In this document: piece by piece, positions 51,601 through 60,600 of the stretch | Numbering within the stretch: the stretch's first letter is position 1 | How the letters are laid out: each line of letters starts with the position of its first letter | From: Phoronis australis | Lineage: Eukaryota > Animalia > Phoronida | Assembly: GCA_002633005.1 (NCBI GenBank) | Contig: NMRA01000197.1 | Span: 315,418-379,417, forward strand | Reading direction: 5' to 3' | DNA length: 64,000 bases | Translations under genes and position numbers: made by a program | The notes under the pieces: model-generated | Told to the model about the DNA's origin: nothing | Seen by the model: only the letters and a program-made list of their open reading frames with translations | The model's database searches: none

Positions 51601-54600
51601 TTTTTAGATATGAATATTGAATGAATACACAGCCACGAGAACAGAACAAATTACAATCACAAAAGCTAATAAAAATAAGGATAAAAATGTAAAATTAAGT
51701 TGTTGTTTATTCTTATATCAGAGATAAAATCCACTCACCTTTCAACAACCTTTTCCCACAAAAGAGTTGGTAGCAGGCAGTACATGTAGTAGGTCCAAGG
51801 GAGTTGTTGCACTGGAATAACACAGGCAAATTATTCCCAGTAACAAAGGCACTGTAACATATCTTTAGCAGACCAGAACATTTCAATTTGAGAACACATT
51901 TTAAACATTTCTGCCTTCAAAGTCACATTGAAAAACATATCATTCTTTTAAAGATACAATGTAACTTTCAAAATAAATTAGACAATGTCACAATTCCACA
52001 AAGATTTGGTACAAAAAAATCACGGCTAAACATCCTTGTTTTGGTCTAGAATCAGTTTAAACTGCTGGCTAAATCTCGACAAAATCTCAACAGGCGTACA
52101 GTTGTTCCAAGCACTTTGTCCTTATTGTGCAAGGCCAGTCACAAATGAACAACTCGTAGCTAGGTATAATAACATCACATTAAACTCTGAATAACGCTAT
52201 GTTATAGTTACAAAGGTTTGACAAAACTATCACCAAACAATATTCTGGCAAAGTTTGACAGAGTCTGACAGAGTTCTGTCCATTTTATTTAGCCAAGTAT
52301 TCATCAATAATTCCCCACTGAAAAAATCGTAATTTATAATGTACATAATGATTGTATAAAGTAAAAATTTTCCTTCTTTCACAAAGTCCAGGTGTTGACT
52401 TGTAATATCCATTGATAGCTGTCACCCGAAAATAACCTCATGGGGTGATATTCGATTAGTCTCCAATTCCAGTTACGTGAAAAATGGCAGATTTTAAAAA
52501 CAATTCCCAACAGTACTTTGGAGAACAGCGCATAATGCCTCTGAAAATTTCATATGAACCAGATCAGCCATCTTTGAGATATGATGTCCCGAAATTTGCC
52601 AAATTTGAACACTTTTCTAGGGTCTACATAACCTCAAACTACAGACACTGACATAATGAGTTAAAAGTGATAAAAGAACATTTTCATGTCCGTGCGAAGT
52701 ACATGAACACTGTGAGAAAACTGAGACCAACTTACTATACAGTAGAAATACTATGGAAGCTCTGAGTAAATAGAACACGGCTTTTGTTGTTATACCAGCT
52801 TTCATGACTCGTCTGCCTGTCATATTAGTGTGTTCAGATACCACCAGGGTAATGATGTAACTCATCCAACCAAGGAAACCACTAGTGATGCTCAGTCTGA
52901 ACAATAAAACGTGAAAATAGTTGAAATATATAGAGTTTGTTTTTAAAATTAAAATTGAAATGAACAGAACACAACCTATCATATTGCTTCAATAGTCTCA
53001 AGCCCTATTGATGAAAGATATTTAAAACAGATAACTGGGTCTACCGTAAAAAAATCCACACAGTTTTCCAAAGCTCCTGGAGCTTATTGGTTTGCAGGTC
53101 TGAAAATCCAGGAGACGGAACTTGTATTTTTAGCACACCTGGGGTCTAATGCAAAGCACTGGGTCATACAGACCTATGGCGATCCCTGTTCATCATCCTA
53201 CTCACATTCTTTACACTGCATACAAGGTTGTTAGGGATGAGAGCACGGAACATTGTAGTTAAATAGAGAGGAGGATGGCAAATATAACAACAGCACCCTC
53301 TATTGTATGACAATCAACAAACTTACTCCAAGAAGAAACGATCGTAGGAATGATAGTATGACAATCCCTCCAAGGCTAAGTTAATGATTGATTTAGTTTC
53401 GTGAATCTGAAAACAAAAATAGAATGGCACTTCAGAGAAGACCATCATTTCTCAATGATAATTTAGGACGTAATATTTAGAATGCTTATCTTTGTATCAG
53501 AGGAAGAACTGTGGCTTAGTAGATTTAGTGTCTGCTTCCTGTTTGCAAGGTCATAGATTTGAATCCCACCGGTCAGGACCCCACTGCTAGACCTTTGAGT
53601 AAGGATTATAGCTAATCAGCTCAGTCTTGATTTGTGTATTATATCTATTTGACTTGTGTTATATATGCATATTAATAAATGAAACTGGTTTCAGGTGTTT
53701 TGTGCACTAGGCCCAGCTGAGCGGCCTGTGTACATCTGATGCAACATGTATCAGACCACCTGCACTAATTTATCCTTATATCATTCGATAGAAAATTCAA
53801 CCAATATTCTGCATTAAGAATTCATAAAAAATGACATATAAGTCACGATTAAGACATTTTATTAATTAATAACAATTTCAATTGATTTATGTTTCCAGGG
53901 ACTCTACACTTACTGCCTCAGTGAATTTCCTCGAGGATATCAGTGATCGGATTTCTCTCAGTTTGTCAATTTGAGCTGACATCGATAACTTTGTAAACGG
54001 CCTAAAGATGGCACTGAGTGTTGTCGCTTTTTTCTCCAACATTTTCACTTCGTACTGGGCTAGAATCTGCCTCGCATTAGATAGCAGACTTTCTGCTTTG
54101 TACTCGAGCGTGTTGTTGAGATACTCAAGTGGTAAAATGCCCTGCAATAGAGTTCAGTACGCAATTGAATTACTTCGGCTTCTGAAATGGGAAGAAAAGA
54201 GAATAACTAAAACAGATTCAGGACCAAAGTTTAAACCGTACTCACAGCTAAAATCAAAGGATACTATACACAGCCTTTCAATGACGATCTACCATCTTGT
54301 TCACTCTGTCCCTTAACACTAAATGACATGTACTAGTTTATACAAGTTGACAGTACATGTACAAGCATGCTCCTATTTCAAGGAACTGCAGCTCCAAAAT
54401 TTTTCTTCATTTCACATCACAGATTGGTGGTTATAGTTGTAAAAAATGTTTTTTGTGGATTCATCAATCTCAAAATATTATTGCATTGATGAACATTACA
54501 TTTCCATCTATCAAAACCAATTTCTAAACTGTCCAAGACCTGATCTCTGACCAAACTTACCACAGAATTGAGTGGCCATGGAATTCCAATCAAGGACGCC

Positions 54601-57600
54601 ATCAATGGAGATATATCAGCCTGTTAAAATGCAGAGAACAATTTGCTGATGAACTATTGGCTTCAAAAGCCTATGATAAATTCTTGTAGAGGATGCCCCT
54701 CCTTCACAAAGTTACAGGACATTTGCTGAGGTAATCAAAACAACATTGACAATAAATCATATACATCAATTACAGTGAAGTTTTGTTTGGAACATTTGTT
54801 GGTTTTCAGAAGTAATTTTTCGACAATACCTTTGAAAACTAACAGAACAAAGTGGCAATTGAAAGCAAGTTCGCAATTCTTATTTTGTGTAATTTGAACA
54901 AAATCGAAGAATAATGAAGTCTATAGTGCTACTGAACATTTATCACCAACCTTACATCTTGCAACAGAATTATAACAGCAATGTTTGATCAATGTGCTGC
55001 TAAATGAAGTATTGATTAAAGGTTTAACTAGAACATTTTTAAGTTTCACATTTCTTGTGGGAAAACAAAGCATTTTAAACTGGAACATTTTAACACGTGC
55101 CACATAAACAACACACTACTGTTTTCCACCTAAAACCAGTGTTCCCGTGCATGCGCCCAATGTTCCTGAACACGTGCCCAATGTTCCCATGCACGTGCCC
55201 AATGTTCCCGTACACATGCCTAATATTCCCATACACGTGCCCAATGTTGTCGCATATCACACAAACTAACGTGTCTAAATAACATTTCCTGCAACAACTA
55301 CCGCCAACTCCACTGTTACGTTTTAGTGATACCAAGTGAACAGAACACACTTTAACCTGAAATCCTTTTTGCTTGAATGTTCTAATTTTCTATCATGTAT
55401 TACTGACCCAACAGTAAACATTTTGAATATTCCAAGCACAGTCTAGTACCTGGCTAACATCATGTCTCTTCACCACACCACACAAACCCCAGTTGGAGCT
55501 GTACACGTCATCACAGTCCCTAGCCATTCCTGGTTCAGGTCTGCGCACTCCAGCGCCCCACACAATGAGGGGAGTGAGGGTCTCATGGGGATCACCTGCA
55601 CCATGGGAACCTGGAAATTAATGAACACATTTGAAAAAATTGTTCTCCTTCTACCCCAATCAAGTCATTCAAATAAAAATACAAGATTTCAAACATTAAG
55701 ACTACATGGCCTGATTCTAAAAGAGTCCATTATCTTTAGCCTGAAGTCAGAAATCGACTACGAACAGAAAAAATGTTGGTGTTTTGTCTTTTTCACCTGT
55801 CGAAAAATTTTGTCTGTTCAAGCAGACTACAGATTTCAAGTAGTATACAGATTGCATGATCTTCACCCTTAGCATGATCTTGCGAAACAGGCTAGGCCAT
55901 CCATGGACTGTTTTTAGCTGAAAGTCAAAAGACAAAAGGAAAGACTCTTCAAGGCCCCTGGCATTCCCAAAATGGTTAAGTTAGACAAAGTAATTCCAAA
56001 AACTTTCAACTGTAATCCTTTGTAAAGATCAATCAAATATGGGAACTGTTCGAGAATGGTACAGAGCAATGCGACCAGGTTTACAAGCACCATAATTAGT
56101 AATACATCTGTACCTCCAAGGACTGATTGTATCTGTCAAGACACTAGTATCGGGTCATTTGCCGGCTGTTAAACCCAGTTTACCAAGTTGTTTAACAGTA
56201 AATTAGAAGGTTAGGTAGAGCCCAAAAAATTGTTCAAAATTGACTAACTTCAGAGCAACACATCTCAAAAATTGTAATGAGATTGATATGAAACTTTCTG
56301 ACACTATGCTTTATGCACACTATGCTTTATGCATACTATGCTTTATATACACTATGCTTTATGCATACTATGCTTTATGCATACTATGCTTTATGTACAC
56401 TATGCTTTATGCATACTATGCTTTATGCATACTATGCTTTATGTACACTATGCTTTATGTATACTATGCTTTATGTACACTATGCTTTATGCATACTATG
56501 CTTTATGCATACTATGCTTTATGTACACTATGCTTTATGTATACTATGCTTTATGTACACTATGCTTTATGCATACTATGCTTTATGTACACTATGCTTT
56601 ATGCATACTATGCTTTATGCATACTATGCTTTACGTACACTATGCTTTACGCATACTATGCTTTATGCATACTATGCTTTATGCATACTATGCTTTATGT
56701 ACACTATGCTTTATGCATACTATGCTTTATGCACACTATGCTTTATGCATACTATGCTTTATGCATACTATGCTTTATGCATACTATGCTTTATGCATAC
56801 TATGCTTTATGCATACTATGCTTTATGCATACTATGCTTTATGCCCCGTTCTCCAAAACATTGATGATTAGGATTGTCTTAAAATGCTCCACTTTTGAAA
56901 GAGCGACATTCAAAGAAGCAATTTTGTGATTGTGATACAAAAACTTGATTTTCGTAAAACGAAAATGAAATGAGATTTAATCGCGAAATTTATATCGAGC
57001 AAAATTTGATCATGTTATTGATATCATTGTTTTGCTATGGATGTACGTGTTGTTTTTACTAATTTTACTAAAAAGACATGGTCATGTGACCAAATAAAAG
57101 CAGATTGATATTAAGCCAAAATCAAATTTTACAGGCTTTCTAGATTTAGAAAATATATACTTTTATTGAATTAAACCCATAGTTTTGTAGATATTTGACT
57201 AAATGCAGACTTGTCGATAAGGTCTTACATAACCTTAATGGTACATTTGGTAAAAAGTCAAAATTAAAATCATACTTCAGGCATTATACTTTCAGAAAAT
57301 TAATTTACATTTACCAAAAAGTTAAAATCTATAATTGTTGTAGATATTTTGGCTTAATACACAGACTTGTGGACACAGTCCTTCATAACCTCAACACACA
57401 GGTACAACTGGAAACACTACAGTATATGGTGTATGTCTACACCCATGGTCTGATATCACTACATACGAGTATATCTACACCCACAACACCACATACCCCA
57501 GTCTGTCATCCCATGGTCTGCTGTCAGTACATACGCCGTCTTGCCATCATGACCGTAGTAATTCTCCAGTAGTTCCACAGTGTTGCGGACACCATCGTCC

Positions 57601-60600
57601 ATTATCTTGATATTATTCAAGTACTCCCTAAGCAAATAAACAAACTGTCACCATGAGTTCAAGCACTCTTAACCTCGCTAGGCACCACTTTATACGCATT
57701 ACAACTTTTAACAGCTGCCTAAAGATTTTTTGTTTTAAAATTCAAAACCAGTTGTGTTTTCTATGTTTAAACCAAAATCTTAGTATTCATCAAATTATTT
57801 CAAATACAAGCATTGTAGTGAAAATTGTTCACTGCACAATCTTCTCTCACAACTCTAACCAAGACAAGAGCAACGCAGAGCGTTGAAATGCGCCCACAAT
57901 TGTACCGCATACGGTATCCTTCTAGGGTTGTATATTGGTACCATAAAGTGGCCAGTAGAGGGCATATATGTATGTTGTACTTAGCAAAATGGAAAGGCAT
58001 GGTCATTGTCTCCTCAATAGGCTAGGGGCAAAATGTGAGTAATCTTCATAATACAAGCACATCCTATACATCAGTTGCTTAAAGCACCACAGAAACAAAA
58101 AATTAAAAACAAATTTACCAACATACGAGATTAGCACAGCATTAGAATGCCAGAAACAAATTTCTACTTGGAACTTTTCCTTCACAGTCATGAAGTAACA
58201 CAAAGTATACACCTGAAGACCTATGAAAATACAGAGGTCAATGTAAAATACTAAAATTGCCACTAGAGGCAAATACTAAAATTGCCACTAGAGGCATACC
58301 GGTAATCAGAATCATCCTAAAGTCGTTATCGTCCGTTGTCAACATCACATTAATACACTTGCTAAATTTAGTAAAGATCCTGCAAACGGTTTGGGAGATA
58401 CAGCCATGGGCGCAAAAAACAAAACTGCCACTAGGAGGCGCCACAGTAGTCCAAATCGTCTGAAAATCATTGTCAGCTGTCTTCCTTATAGTAAGCACAT
58501 ACACGCCAATTTTCACAATCATCCCTTGAGCGGTTTGGTTGATAGAGGGGTGGACGCAAAAATACAGACTCGAAAACAGTAAAAATGGCCACTAGGTGGC
58601 GCAAACTACGTCGAATCCATCTGAAAACAGTAGGATAGCGTCATCTCACTAATAGGTGCCTACATACCAAATTTCATGAAAATCCGTTCAATACTTTTGA
58701 AGATACAAAGGTAAGCGTAAAAAACTAAAATTGCCACTAGGGGGCACACCGGTAGTCGGATCCGTCCGAAAGTTTGCACATGCCGTCCCATTCATGAATG
58801 GAACATATGTGCCAAATTTCATGAACGTATGTCAAAGGGTTTTGGAGATAGAGCAGCGGACGCTGGACGCCAGACGCCGGACGCCGCCCGGACGGACGGA
58901 CGGACGGACAGAGATGACGGCATAATGCGTCCACATATAAATATGTGGGCGCATAAAAAAAATTGGAAAGCCAACACGTGCTAGAATAGCTACTAATATG
59001 GTCTCATGAGCGTAGGTCAACTCACATGTAAAATGTTCAGCATTAGTAAGGGCAAATGCTGGTATCACTATATTGTAGTTGCACCAGCTGAGGGCAACAT
59101 ACTCTTTTAAGTTGTGCATATGACACTGTTGCATACAAGTTTTACGCAGAATAAAAAACAACACCACACAGCGACATGTCACGTTTTTGTTGTTGAGCCC
59201 AGTCAGAGTTATCCAGTGGACAAGTCTTAAAACTTCATACAACCTAGCCCAGGAGTCAATCATATTTGAGAGAAAGCAAGTTCATCTTTGGCTAATTTGA
59301 AAAACAAAAGAAAATCAATGACTTCCCAAATATCAGTTCTTGATAGACATACAGCAACTGAAGTCAGGCACTAATGCTAGACAACACAGTCACCTCCAGA
59401 GAGTGAAAAATGTCTTACTGCGACATTGGTCTGTGGGCATGGCCGTTGGTGTCAATTCCAAGTAGGTGTAGGAAAAAGACCACCTTGTCTCCAGCTAACT
59501 TTGACTTGAGGGCGGAGTCAGATGAACTGGTTCCAAGAAACTCCTGTCACAAATGATTCAAATAGACATTAGACCAAAAGAATTGACAAAGCAACACACC
59601 CTATTCACATCTAATACACAAAATAAATTGACATTTCAAACAGGAGGCTTATAACACAAACTCAGCAACAATAACATTGACTGTAATTATTAAAATCCTG
59701 AACTTGTCAATACCAGAACAATAATCCAAATCTTTGGATTATGTTCATTATGGTCTAATTGCAAAATAGATAAATTTTTGTTTAAATTAAATAAAACTTT
59801 TTCTAAACAGTTGCCTATTATCCCTACACCCTATACATTATGCCCACACCATCTACATTTGACCTACATCCTCTACATTAGGTCGATACCTCGTGTCCAC
59901 AGATGGCGCTTTACTTAAAAGTACTTTCTTAGACTACAGAAACATCAGTTGGCTACAACAATCATTCACATTGCATATATACAACCGTATGAAAGACTTT
60001 TGCACCCCGGCCAACCCGCGATCGAGAATGCCCGGAAAGCGATCGAGAACGAGTTAGACCTTGCACCAAAAATGGCAGACGACAGTGACGTACTCGGTGA
60101 GTTTAAGTGTCATTTTCTGCTTATATAGAGGCCACTTTGGCACGACTGCTACACATAGAAAAGCGTCAGAGTGTAACCTTTGTTGTGGATCTGAAATAAT
60201 GCCTGGCTTTTGCTTATTTTTAAAATAAAGAGCTCAGAAAGCAATGGCTTTCGGTAAAATGCCTTGCGCCTCGTAAAATCGGCAACTCTACTTGTTATTA
60301 GCAATTCCAGGGTTCGTAAGAAGAGACGTGTGACGTTTATAGTTTAATTGTCCCTGGCGACAACTTTGCTAGTTATGATTTGTGAAACAATTTGAGATAT
60401 TTACCAATACAAGCAGGTCCTTGTGTGAGACAGCTATCGAAAACAATGTCGTTAATTCTCTATGATGATCGTGAATGCAAGAATAGCGATCGTGAATGCA
60501 CATTTTTTCTCTGCATTGGCCTGAATAGTACTATGTCTTAATTTTAGAATGATACGGAGCCTGAATTAGTTGATGGGTTGATTATTCATTACAATTCATC

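Noticed and set aside
56240-56929. Three long overlapping ORFs (229, 183, 180 aa)
   Set aside because: Translations of a stop-free 16-bp minisatellite inside a PIGN intron
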